Below, piece by piece: positions 1 through 13,700 of a DNA stretch of 64,000 nucleotides. A program made the translations under genes and the position numbers. Origin of the DNA: Trichinella spiralis (taxonomy: Eukaryota); the NCBI RefSeq assembly GCF_000181795.1, contig NW_003526941.1, positions 248,001 through 312,000 on the forward strand. Reading direction: 5' to 3'. The notes below the pieces were generated by a model that ran no database searches, was not told where the DNA came from, and worked only from the letters and a program-made list of their open reading frames with translations. How positions within the stretch are numbered: the stretch's first letter is position 1; each line of letters begins with the position of its first letter.

Positions 1-2413
1 AACAAATAACAACAACAATGTTAGTTAATATTGGAAATAAGATCAACAAGAACAACAACACCAATTAAACATAACGTCGTCAGCTCGCATGCACGTGTTA
101 CTTATTCAAAAGCAAATGAACAATGTTTAATTGAAGAAGCTGCTAATTAGTTAAATTATGAACAAATTACTTGATTTTTATTAATTGACCTAATTTGCCA
201 TCAACAAATTTAACATACCTTTTTTAATATTGAACAATGCCTGAAAGTGAACAAACAATGGGTGCAAATTTATCAATTCAAAATTTAAGAACAATTTTTA
301 AAAGAACATAACATTTCTCTTAAACAGGTATGGTTGGTTTGGTTGCTTACTTTCATGTCTACCATAAAATGTCTTCATAAAAACGACCAGTTTTATTATA
401 TATACTTTTTTTCCCCTGTAAATCACATAAAATTTATGCTCCACTTCTTACATTCATTCGAATTAATGTTATTAAAAAAAATTCAATTCTAAAGTTCTCT
501 TAAAACTCTATCATTTATTACATATGTTGTTTTTTCAAAACAAATGAAAAGAGATCGTAAAAAACAAATTTATTTCATTGAATTTTTATATACATGTAAA
601 GTACTATTAATTTTTCACAGTATACTAATAAACCTTGGACAGAACTGTAAAGAAACAGAAATACTTTGACAAAATTCATCGAAAATTCGTCTATTAATGA
701 GGTGATAAATGAATAAACGGTTAATCTGTTGTACAATTAGTTAGTTACTTGATATGCCTCAGAAGTGACTGGTTTTCAGAAGAAAATATTCAAATCAAAT
801 TCATCTAGATGCAGCATGGAAAAAAGAAAAAGCCAACTGATGAAGTGAATTGTGGAGAGCTTTGAAGAAAAAGCAAAATAACTTTTTTGATCAAAAGAAC
901 AAACTCCAAAAAGAACAACCATAACATGAAGGAGAAAATAACGGTTTAGCTAATGTTTTGATCTTGCTGACTTTATTCAGAGTTGAAAAGTCACAAACAA
1001 TTTGAAAAACTCAAAAACCGTACAAAGTTGACGGCTGGTACGGTAATTGAGAAAAAAAGTTACAAACTACCAAATCAAATCAACGCTTCAGCGGATGATT
1101 CCTCTCCTTTGTTCGTTCGTGTTATTTTTTTTAAATTAAATCCTTCACAAAATGGCAAAGTAACAATAAAAAATAACCAAAAAAATGTTGCAAAAGTTAT
1201 AGCATCAAAAAAATTTTCTCTGTTCACCAGTGAAAAGTTAGCTTAATTAAATTGTAATCAGACTTGAGCATTCGTTTCTACAAGAGAAATATTTAAAATA
1301 AGAAAAGAAAACCATAATTCAAACCAGTGAAAATTGCTGACAACATACACCAAATTTACATGCAAAACTTGCATTATTAACATTTATTAACAAATAGAAT
1401 TGAAAATTCACGAAAACATCTTTAAAATGTTTTATGGATTTAAATAATTTTTTGAATTTTCACAATTCATTAATAACAAACAAAAAAAAGAATAGCAAAT
1501 AGAAAAAAAAACTTTTAAGTAGAATCAAACGGCACTTGCAATAAAATAAGATAAATAATATATTTAAGAACGTAATTGAAAATTGAAAATTTTTTAAATC
1601 ACATTTAAAAATGAAAATCATTTCAAGCAATCGTTTAAAAAATAATCACTCATTACCAAAAATAGCAACAAAAAAATTAAAAAACAAAAGTTTGAAATAA
1701 AAAATAAATAATTAATTATGAAGTAAGAAAAAGCTGAGAAAACCATTGCCGAAAAGTTGAATAATATCTTTTGATTGTCAAAAGAAAAACATTAGGTTTT
1801 ACTCTTTAAATTGCATGAAAAGTTTTAAAATTTTTGTGCAACACGCAATGTTACAACCGGAAAATTTGAACTGACATACTGTAGCTGTTGACTCAATGGA
1901 TTACGATAATAAAACTTGATTTTTCTTATTTAACTGCGTGCAAATGAAAAAGTGATCAACAAGTGACAGTTTGATCGTGATTATTATTGAAGATATAAAG
2001 ACAATAAATTTAAAACTTATTCATATTAACTTCAATAACCAATGGTGATAAATGAATTGAATAACAATATTTTATCGCTGGTTTCTGTATATTTGCTCAA
2101 AATATTGTCTTTCATCAAGTATGTGTAAACATAAGTATAAATTCTAGTTAGTTGTAAGAATTTTCAAAAATTCTAACTTATGATATTTGAAAAAAGACAA
2201 AAGAAAAAAAATTACCTCATTATTTAAAGAGCTGTTAATAAGCTAGCTGAGAGTAATGGTTCGTTGTCAACTTCCTGCTCATAAGTGGAGGAGAATTGAT
2301 AAATAACAATTCACCTTATTACAATGCATCGATAAATTTTAATTCATTACACAAAGCAAACAAATAAGGATAAGTGAACAAATAAAGATAATAATGATAA
2401 TAAATCGCCAGCA

Positions 2414-5400
2414 TCAATGTTTAGCATTCGATTCGCTCGAATTGATCGGCTTCAAAACAATGCTTTCCAATTCTTTATTTTTTTCTTTAAGCAGCTAAAA
2501 TTACAAATTAAATCAATTCCAACAACAACAACATTACAATAATCTGAAAATCCGTCAGTCAACCTTTCTAAGTTGTAAAAGTCGCTCAGCTAAATTTCGA
2601 TGACTCTCGGAAGGTTGAAATATTTTCGCAGATATCGATCGATATTTTTGACTCTAAAATTAAAAAAAAACAATTTTCCTTTTTAAAAAATTATTCAATT
2701 AGAGAATAAAGAAAAGAGAGAAAAGAGAGAGAGAATTCACTTTATATGTAAAATTGGATGCCGTTGGTATTCTTAAACTAGGTGATCGTTGAAATTGCTT
2801 TTCAGAAAGTAACCCATTTTCTGTACAGTCGTCCAGCTTTGATTCGGCATCTTCAACATTGCTACTATTCACCGTTGACTGACGTAAATTTGTAGTCGAA
2901 CTTTGCTGCTGTTCAAATATTTTTTTCGGCTTGCGACTGCGCGTCATCAATGGCTGGAAAAGTGGATTCTAAATATAATTTTCAACATTCAAATATTTGA
3001 TATACGATGAATATTTTTCATTTGATGAAAAAGCAAATTAAAAGTAAACAAAACCATTACCGCTCCTCCAAGTTGATCACCCCAAGGATTGTCTGGAATG
3101 AAAATGCTATCACGATTGTCACTTGGTTCCGCCTGATTTGTCGAAACAGTGCTCAATGTAGCAGTACGGCTGCGTGGGCTAATATGGTGAAACGATTTGG
3201 ACAATTTGTTGAAAAAATTTGAAGCTGCTTCCATCTTTGAATTTCCCCTTGTACTGTATTAAAATTGGAATAAATAATTTCAATTCAACGGGATCAATTT
3301 GAAAGCAACGGTTCAAAGTGGCAAAGCACAACCAACTTACCGACCAGTTTCGGATGTGTCATCAGCAATAGAAGAGGATGTAGATCCTTTCTTCTTCTTC
3401 TTCTTCTTCTTATTCTTCTTCTTTTCAGCTTTCTTAATTTCTTGAGTTGATTTGCTATCCCCTGTATTCTCTTTGCTCTTCCTCAACAAAGGACGTACTA
3501 TGGACGTTTGCAACGAATATTTGGACCTCGTTTTAGGAGTCACTGTTGCATCACTGACGGCACGCCTTAAAATTACACTCGATTTTGCGCCACAATCCTG
3601 CTGCTGTTCAACACCACCATCCTTCGACAATTGCTCATTGTGCTTATTATTTTGCTTATTTTTCTTCTTCTGCTTATTGATCAACTCTTCCCACATATCC
3701 AGGGGATTTTGTGTCAACGGTTTGATTGGCCGATCATCGCCAGGACTGCTGAAATTCGAACGCTCTCTAATACTACTGTAGCAGGGCTGACCACGAGCGA
3801 AATTTTCCGAATTTGAATTCGAAAATAAAAAACGACCATTTGATGGGGACAAATTCATATTGTTAAACGAAGAGCCAATCTCGTCCACACAGTGTGGCTG
3901 TTGATAACCAGGTATGAAGATCATTTCATCATCATCGTCGTCTGGTGACCGAGAAGCTGAATGCTGCAAAAGACGGGCGTGTTTCAATTTCGACGCTTCT
4001 TCTTTCGCTTTCTGCCAAGATTCCAGAACGCACTTTTCCCTTCTCTCTTCCTCTTCCTACACGAATACAGTGATGAATTAAATCATTCGACTATTCATCC
4101 ACTTCATTCATATTATAAGACAATATATCAAAATAATTAAAATTGTCTAAATTTCAAATAATGAACAAAATCGAATAAAAAATCACCTTCAATTTTGACC
4201 ATCGTTCTCTTTCTCGTGCATTTGCAATTTGCCTTCGTCGTTCCATTTCTCGACGTTCTCGTTCTACACGTTCTTGATCTTGCTTTTCGCGTTGAATTTC
4301 CAACAATTTCTCACGCTGTTTCTGTTGAATTTGTTCATCAAAAATTATCTGAAAATATTATAATTTATTCCTTTTTCATTAATGAATTTTCAATATTTTC
4401 TACCCTTTGTTTCAAAGCATTTCGGTGCTTCATTTCAATTTCTTGTTCACTTATTGGTTCAGTAGCCAAATTTCTTCGTTTATGACTTAAAAAAACATTG
4501 AAATTCAATTGAATATGCAATGAAATAAAAATTTTATTATTCCATCTTACACTGTAAAATCGTCCAATGCACCCGGATAACTACAACTGAAAATGCTGGC
4601 GCCAAACGAATTGCCGGACATATCGTAAGGTTCAATACCACTGAGTGACTGTGGTTTGCTGCTGTTTGGAGTACTGCAGTAATTGTAGGGCGATTTTGGA
4701 CCGTTAAATGTCGTCGGTGACATGCTAGCGTTGGCAGAAACTGGTGAAAAAGTAAACGCATCTTGAAAAGCTGGCAGAATATAATTTTGTCTGAGACCAT
4801 TAGTACCAGGTGCTGGACAAGATGAAGAAACAGATGCATTGTTGATTACATTGTATGGAGATGAGCCCACTGGTGACTGCAAACCTGCACAAGAGTTAAA
4901 ATTATTACACTGATCCAACGGGTAAGATGCACTCTGCAACAGATCGTTTTTATCATGACGAACAACATTATTTCCAGTGTCAACCTAAATAAAAATGTAA
5001 AAGCTTTAAGTACAGGCAAACCAAGAAAAAAACAATTACAGTTGAAGCAAAACTTAATTTGTCGTTTATTCACCTGAAGTGAATTGGAGGTTGAAAAATT
5101 TCCACCATTAGAAAATTGATTCCCCAATGCATTATTCACATTGGTCAAAAGTGGAGTTCCTACAGATTGGAAATAATTTTGACCAAAATCTGCACACAAA
5201 TTAGTGCAAGGCACTGGTATAAATGCAACCGGCGTCATGCCTGCAAAGCCAGGACCAACAATTTTCCGCTCGTTTAGATTAACAACAGGAGACTGAGCAA
5301 ATACTTTGCATGATTTATCTTGGATTGCATTATTCACAGCAGAATCGACCTGAAACAAAAGCAAAATGAATAACAATAATTAATTAATTAGTTTCGTGGT

Positions 5401-8400
5401 CTACAGGAAACTGCACATTCATCATTTTACATTTCTGATAACTTGTTCCCATTTCGCAAAATCAAAAAAAATTTAACTGCTCAAATGTCAGCAATGAGTC
5501 ATACAATCAAAACCTAACAGTTGACAAGGAAGAAGGTAGCTAATTCATTTTCTCATGTGGAGAAATAAATTTATGACGTAAGCTAACCGTTGCACAACTA
5601 AACAGCATTAATATTATAAATCAAACAAAGTGTCAAGGAAAAGAAAAAAATAAAAAGTACTAATATTTTTTCAATTATTACTTGAAACTGCTAATATAAT
5701 TGTTTAATTGTAATTCTGTATTGATATAAAATAAAAATACAAGAATAATGCTTGAAGTAAAAAACGAGATGAAATCAAGCTGACATAAAACTATTTGCAT
5801 GTAGTTTATCATTGAAAAACGGAAAATATATTTTGCCATCTTTTACTTACTTCGCATGTCCTCTTGACAACAATGCCGAAACAGATGTTGAATTTAATAA
5901 TTAAAAAAAAGAAAAAATCAGTTTTAAACCTGACATACTGACTGCCTTGAACAATTAAAAAATTATCAATCATTTTATCCGAATAAAATTGAAAACAATT
6001 TTTAAGTATCATAAATAATTTAAAAAGAAAAATTATCCGAATGTATATATGATTATTGCATTACGTGGGTGAGAATAATTTTCGTTCATTTATTTGAAAC
6101 TGTTCCATTTTTCCCCATAGCAATTAAAATGGAGAACATTTCACTAGAAAATTGTAAAAAAAAATTACCAAAAGCAAAATTAAATGAATCTTGAACTAGT
6201 TTAAACTGAATAAGATAATTTTTTATGTAGGAAAACATAACACGCAAGAAATGTAAAGCGGAATAGCCGTTTGTAAAACTGCATCTTTTTTGACAAACTG
6301 TTTTTTCCTTTATCAAATAAATGAGAAAAATTAAAATATGATTTGGATGATGATTAAAACAGAAGATGCAAATGGGAATGCATGTATGAGAAATGATTGA
6401 TTCAATTTTCCTCAGCTGAAGAAGAAGAAGAAGAAGAATATCAGAAGTGATTGAAGTGTCAGCAAAACTGGAAAATGTTCAATAGAGGTAAAGTGTGATG
6501 ATTCAAACAAAAATGTAAACGAATGAGAGGCTAAAATGCCTTAGGAACGCCACTAACCAGATTTTACAAACCCAAGCAAGCTTGTTCTGAGATGCAAAAG
6601 CAAAACGAGCAACTAGATGTTGGCAAGTATAAATTTTCAAATGCAAAAATCTAGCAATTCGCACACTTCCATCGCATATTTCGTGCACTGTGTGTGTGTG
6701 CGTGTCTGTTTATTTGTGCACACGCACACAGGATGGATGTTTGCAACAAGGTAAACAATTTATTTCACTGAAAATTCTTCCCACATAAAGAAAACAAAAA
6801 AAAGTTTACCAACAGGTTAAAGTTGAGCTTTTCGATCAGTTTTTGTCCTTTGCCAACGAAATACGACAACTTTGTTTGTTAAAATTGTAAATAAAAGATA
6901 CGGAAACAAAAAATAATTAATGATAAGCTGAATCGAACATGACAAGCATTCAGCAGTTGCACAACTGAACTGCAAACCAATATATGTCACTGCAAAAATA
7001 AAATAATATATGCATAACCCCTCACCCCTCTTGCATACTCTCTACTGATCTCTGGTATCGAATAATGCTAATATCGTGCAGATTAGAAAACCTTTTTACA
7101 AGTTGCAAATTTTTTCCAACTATATGCAAAAATAAATTAATTGAAGTGTAATATTAAATAGTTAAGATGAGCAGCGGAGGAAACAGTAGTGAAACCACGC
7201 CTGATAGGAATGGCAATGCAAACAATTGTTATAGTGAACAATTCTTTGAATTCCAGCTATCACTGAAAAGGGCAAGTAGATTGAAGTAAACCGTCTTTTT
7301 CGTCATAAAGCTTCTTTCAGCAGAAAATTATTCCTTCAGTTCATAGTTTCAAAAAGATTCTTATCTAATTTTGAAAAATGTATTTCTTTTTTTTCAACAA
7401 AAATAGGCTGTAAATGTTCAATTTGAAAATTCTAAATACCACTCTTACAGAAAAACTGTTCTTTCAAAAACAGTGACAAACAACAACAGCAAATCAATCA
7501 GTCGATATGAAAACTAGAAAGAAATTTAAAGGCGTTTTCATTCCATCTTGATAAGAAAATACTTGACATAAATAGAAAAAAGACAAAGCAAACCGCCTTT
7601 GTTCATATTAAATTTCAAACAAAATTATGAAAAAATACAAAAATTTTCATATTTTTCAACAAAAATAACAAATAATATCCAAAAGCTTGACAGAGGAAGT
7701 TCAGTTTGTGGTAATATTAAATGTAAAATTGTGAGAATATGAGAAGAAATGCGATTTATAAGAATTAATAAAAATAGAGTTGAAAGTAAACCGACGAAGC
7801 CAGTTCACCGGACTTGACGGTCACCTTGCCGAAATGACCAATATTAATGGGGAACTATAAACTGCAAGGGTCGGACAATAAGCTTGAAGAATGTACATCA
7901 TACGGTCTTAGTTAGATCTACCGACTGCGATAATTACGTCGAAGGTCAGTGTGACCGATTTTCAGCAAAATGTCTTAATGATGGTAGAAAAGTTTTCACT
8001 CTATATGAACAATATTTCATACAACGGCACTGACATGGCCACCGCTGAGCAGTTTCTTTATTACCAACCATCACAGATGTATAAACAAGTTAAATTTTAC
8101 AAAAAGAAACAAAACCAACACACGCGGAAGTAGCAAACGATGCAATGCAACTTACACTTTTATTAGAGAAATTAATCTCTCCGTTATTCACCGCGTCGCC
8201 TGCAAAGCAGCCATTATTCGAAGTATACGGCGAATTGCGTAACGGTAAATCATTGCGTGATTTCAGCGGAGCACCCGAGCCTGGTTTACCAAACGGAAAC
8301 CATTCTTCCGTTTCGGCTAAAATTAAAAACTCAAAAAACATCACACACCCACAAGTAATAAATAAAATTAACACGATCAAGTTAAACAAATTCACATCCA

Positions 8401-8616
8401 CCCGATTTAATCAAGTCAAATCCAACATCATTTTACACATTGATTAATTTTGATTTGACGCTTTATTTATTATTTATTTGGAATTTTAATTTCAAATCAA
8501 ATATTTTTTCACTTTTTAAATCAATAAAAACTACCTCGCTCTTTTGCCCACTGCTGACGTTTCCGATCCAACAGAGATAGATTCTTTTCATCAACACAAG
8601 CTGAAACTTCAGCCAT
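2414..8616 (-). CDS. CCDC66-like coiled-coil centriolar-satellite/ciliary protein, paralog A (multi-exon)
   Basis: Spliced reading: exon 1 (8535-8616) MAEVSACVDEKNLSLLDRKRQQWAKER; exon 2 AETEEWFPFGKPGSGAPLK; low-complexity exons 5349-4550; coiled-coil exons (EQEIEMKHRNALKQR / IIFDEQIQQKQREKLLEIQREKQDQERVERERRE / EEEERREKCVLESWQKAKEEASKLKHARLLQ); C-terminus RLLQLRK|LLKEKNKELES...KH* with stop at 2414. These blocks resemble my recollection of the CCDC66 KKAQW motif, central coiled coil and C-terminal LRQGLLQKQKELE helix. Confidence 0.7.
3389..3423 (-). repeat. (AAG)n coding microsatellite encoding a poly-Lys tract
   Basis: Imperfect ttc repeats on +, read as KKKNKKKKKKKK in ORF 3337-3987 (-). 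Confidence 0.85.
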
Positions 8617-10774
8617 AAACAGTGGTCAGTTGCTGCTAGTCAAAATCAACCGCAGTCACACGTCTCAATTTTTAAAACAAATACATCGGCTAGGTAGCAG
8701 AAAGCAAACCAATCACATGCAAAATAACAATGTCCAATGAATCTACGAAAGACAGGTGCCGCTTCAACATTCATACTGTAATAATCAAGTTAGTTTAACA
8801 AAAAATATAAAATGGGTAATTTAAATTTATATTCACATAACTGTTCGATATTGTATTATAACCAAATTTATAACACTAAAAATGTTTTCTACATGCAATT
8901 TATCAACGGGGCTGCAGTTCTTACTTTGTAATGAATTGAAATTATTTAGAATTCTTGCCATTTTAAAGCAGAAATGCATAACATAAGCCATTTTAAACAA
9001 ATTTGAGCAATAAAACTGCTATTTTTTTCGAAGTATTTGAATTTAATTCTAAACAGCGATAAATTAAAAATTAATACCTTAACATTTGATGAAATAATTC
9101 ATATTCTACAGTAAGTTGAAATGAACTAATCTGTGCATTTGATAAATGCGAAAAAAATTATGATAAAGTCAAAATCACAAACAAAATAAACTTGCATGTT
9201 TAATTAAAACTGAAATGTATTTTTTTAAATGAAACAAATAAATTAAATCATTACATGATTTTTGTGGTGAATGCACATAAATTGAACTTTACTTTCTTCA
9301 CTGTATATACTTTAAATTAAACTTTAAAACTGCACTTTAAACTAAAACTTTTTTAAAAGATTTTTGTTGAATGCGATGATTAGAATTTCCCAGCATTCAG
9401 AATGTCAGTCAAATAGAGATACGCATAAAGTTTGCATTTAAACTGCATATCTGTACTTTCATTTCTGAACTTTGAAGTAAGGCTATTTTTATGTTTTTAT
9501 TCTATTAGTAACAGCTGATACACAAGCGTAGCAATATCGTACACACATTAAATGTACTATGAACTAATAATACTGATAAATCAATCAATTTGTTTAAGAT
9601 TATGACGTTTTATTCAATGTATTTAGCTTATAAATTAATTAACATTTCGTATTTTAACATAATCCAGCTGTTCAATGAGAAGTTACTAGCAAACAGGTTG
9701 AATTTTCAGAATGATATGCATAGGTATATGAACTGCATTCACTGGTTAAAGGTGTACGTTTGTAAACTTCCGCATAATTAAGTTTCGGCTTAAAGAATCA
9801 ATTTTCATTTTGAACATTATTTTTTAATTCATATTGCGCTTATTTTTTTCAACTTTGCTTTCAGTACTGTTCAGTATTTTTATTGGCAAAGCATTCTATC
9901 AAATACATCAGTTCACAAATATGATAGTGCAAGTGCTTACAATAGTTATTTACTGCATTTATTTCAGATTTTTACCCTATAATCATAATCGTTTTGGTTC
10001 GGCTTTAGTTTCAAAAATTCCTTCCTGTTTAGCTAAAAACTGTTAATTATATATATATATGGATGATTTTTCATGTTTCTAGGTAAATTCATTAGGTCAC
10101 CGACATTCAACGTTCCACTTACATACTGTATAACTGAAAGCAAATCAGGTGTTTTTAAATGTATTGCATTTATTTTATTTAGGCTGAAATCTATTATAAT
10201 CTATAAATTAATGTGAACAAATTTAGTTATTTTTTATCTTTGTTAGATAAACGAATGATTTAATGAAAGGTAATATTTCCAATTTTGAGGTTCAACATCT
10301 GCATCTTTATTATGCAGCATTCTTTTGCGTTATACTGGTTAATTGCTATCTATGTTATAATTTTAAAATTTTGAGTGTATGAACTCACCTATTTAATCTA
10401 GCGGAAGAATAACTTGTATGGAATGCATTTGATCGTTTCGTTGCAGTGATTAAATAATACACAAAAACCTCCTGCATTTATAACGTTCATTCCAATTGTT
10501 AGGGCATGGAAATGAAAAGTCTAAATATATGGCTCCAGAAATTGTTTTACTACTTATATTTAAATTGAATACTTTAAATATTTATGCTTTAAATTTCTTG
10601 CACTTGAGCTGTGGAAAAATGAAATCGTAACATGCAGTCTAATTTTACATATTCTATGAGATGAAAGTCCATTGACAAATGTTGAAAAATCCTTTTTAGC
10701 TTGGGCTTTCGATTATGCCATTTTTTTTGCCATAAATCAAAAAGCCCATTTTTTGCGACGTCGGTTTGTTCAAA

Positions 10775-13700
10775 ATGAATTCCAAAATTAAAATTATGCG
10801 AGCGTTGCATAATTTTCAAACAAATATTCCAGGCGACTTGAACTTCCGAGCTGGTGAAATCATTATTTTATTGAAAACTATTGATGCGAATTGGTACTCA
10901 ATAATTTTGTTAATAAAGTTTGTATATTTGAAAGTGAAAGCATAATATTGTTTAGGTGTTATGGCGAAAGTGCCGAAGGATATCAGGGTATATTCCCTTC
11001 ATCATATGTTTTTGAAGAGAATCTTCCACAAGTTCAACCTGGTCAGAAACTGCTTATCGCTCTACAGACGTTTCACGCACAAGCCGCCGGTGATTTGTCA
11101 GTCAACGCAGGTAAAAATAATGCAATTGCTATTTTTAAATTTGAATTTTAAATTATTTTTATCAGGTGATATTATTTTGGGTATTGAAAAAGTGGATGAA
11201 AATTGGTGGCGAGGCGTTTCGAGGGAAAAATGTGGTTTGTTACCCGCTAATTTTGTGCGTGAGTTGGACATGCATTTGGACAATAGCCAATTTCGAGAAA
11301 ATGATAACGTTCCAACTAAACGGGCTGTTGTCTTGAAATCAATGAAAGCTGCTTTGCCTGAGGAGATAGATTTAAACGAAGGTGAACAAGTGGTCATTGA
11401 AGAATTTTTGGATAAATATTGGTGTCGTGGAACTTGTCAGAATCGTCGAGGCATATTTCCTAGATCGTTTGTTAAAATTGTTGAAGAAGAAGAAGAACAG
11501 TCCAGAACGTCGTTGAATGAATACAAATTTGCAATATCAGACAGCAAAAAAGATTTGCCGGCTAAACCGACAATGCCATATGCAATTGTAAAATACCAAT
11601 TTGTTCCACAATATGAGGGTGAAATGGCAGTTGAAGCAGGCGAACTACTGTCGTTGATTGGTCACGTTGACAATGAATGGACATTGGTATCAGCCGAAGG
11701 GCGTGCTGGCATTGTTCCAACAAGCTATTTGAATATTATTATAGACTGTCCAACGGTCTCTGGTACTGAATTACAAAGTGCAATAGCTGAAGCGAATGCT
11801 AATCGGCCTGCTGTTACGGGTGCAAATTCTCATGCTCACTGGGCAAGTAGCAGTGGTGGTTTAGCTGATTTCAACAAATCGACTTATTATAAAGTTCTCT
11901 TTGATTACAATGCTGCAACTGTTAATCATTTGATGGTAAAGGCTGGTGACTTGATTACTGTTTTAAAAACAGTAGGAACTGAGTGGGTTGAAGCAGTAAA
12001 TCAAAGAACTCTTTCGAGGGGACTCTTACCTCGCAGCTATCTGACAGCTATTAATGATTTCCAAATTCAAAACAAGCAAGACCATATGAAAATGTCTCAA
12101 AAAAGGCAGTTGGATATTGAATTGGAAAAATGTATTGCTCGTAATTTATTATCACTTGATTTTGACTGCAAAAATAGAAAAATCAGTGATTGCAATGTTG
12201 ATTCGAAGCTGATCTCACCATCTTCATCCATCTGCAGCACGTCTCCATCTCCGTCGACGTCTAAATGTGCTACAGCACTGCCTTCATCATTGGTGATGAG
12301 TTCGTATATGAAATGCGATGACAGTTTTCTCAGTCCATCTACTAAGAAGATTCCTCCTCCACGACCGAAAACTCTTCCCGTTGTTCATCAAGAAAGTCCT
12401 CATTCCGGTGAATGGAATGGTCGATTGGCAAATATTTTCAATGAAATACTATCATCGGAAAAAGACTACTGTAATGAATTGATGATTATTGAAAAAGCAT
12501 TTGAAAAGCACCAAACGGAGTTACATATGGATGATTTCATGGAAAAAATGAACATGCTTATTAATTTATCAAAATCATTAATTGGAAAATTGGAAAATTT
12601 GTCAAGTAACTTTGTCAAATAATTAATCACCTTTATTGTCATGTTTTACCGTTCATATTTATATTTCAGCGAAACCTACCGTACTTGGTATTAGCGGGAT
12701 ATTTATCGATATATCAAGATCGTTGGAGTCGGCTTATACTAGCTATTTTGAAACCCAAACAACAGTTGTTTCGAAAATTAATGAAGTGTGAACAGATATT
12801 TTCGCAGTCGTTTTTTGTTACAATCGAGCGTTTTAAATGTTAGAATTTTCTTTTTAATAGTATCAAAATCACGAATTGAAGAAAGTTGTATTGGAAAAGG
12901 TGATGGTTGATATCCGCAAATCAGCTTTATGTTGTTTTGACGTATTTTCGGCGATTCTTTGTCCAATACATCGAGTTATGAAATATCCTCGATATTTAAC
13001 GGAAATGCTCAAGGTGAGGATCAGGGAATTCTTGATGACAAATGTGAAAAATGCTTTTTACATTTTTAGCACACACCTCGATGTTTTAACAAAGATCTAC
13101 AGTTTGCTATTTCAAGCTTAACTTCAATTGCTCAAACAATCAACGAAAGCCAGCTGCAAGTCGATTTAGGTGAATTATTATTATTCAAGTATATACTGCA
13201 GTAATTGCATTGGTTGTTTGGTTTTTAAGTTACCAGATATAAAAAAGATTCTGTCGAGAGTTTGACCGATCGACTGGCGAAAGTATCTTTTCATTCTATG
13301 AGGAAAAAAGGAGCACGTTTAGGCATGCGACTGTCCTCTACGTTAGGCTTTACGCCACAAGTATATGAGACGATCTCAGGTGATTGAATTCGTTGCCTTA
13401 ATTGCGAAATATTATTCAAACAGATCAAAGATGAAGAATACGACCGTCTGGAGAAGCAGTTTTTCTTTCAAGTGAAGAAGATTCGTGATTTCATGCAAAA
13501 TTTGCAAGACGTCTGTGATAGGACTTTGTCCACTTTCAACATCTATCAATCTATGGCACAGAGTTTTCTTCCCAATAGCAGTGATTCGAATAATTCACCC
13601 TCACAGCAGTTCGCTTTGAAATATTTGAACACGTTCAATCAAGTGGATCCCAGATCTGCCGCGCAAAAACATGTAAATCACAATCAAACATTGTAGCCTG

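Noticed and set aside
1..2400. ORF 983-1246 and other short frames
   Set aside because: A-rich composition, non-ATG start and no recognisable motif; most likely 3' UTR or intergenic.
3007..4839. Antisense and alternate-frame ORFs overlapping paralog A (e.g. 3452-3781, 4195-4485)
   Set aside because: Shadows of low-complexity coiled-coil exons on the opposite strand or in another frame.
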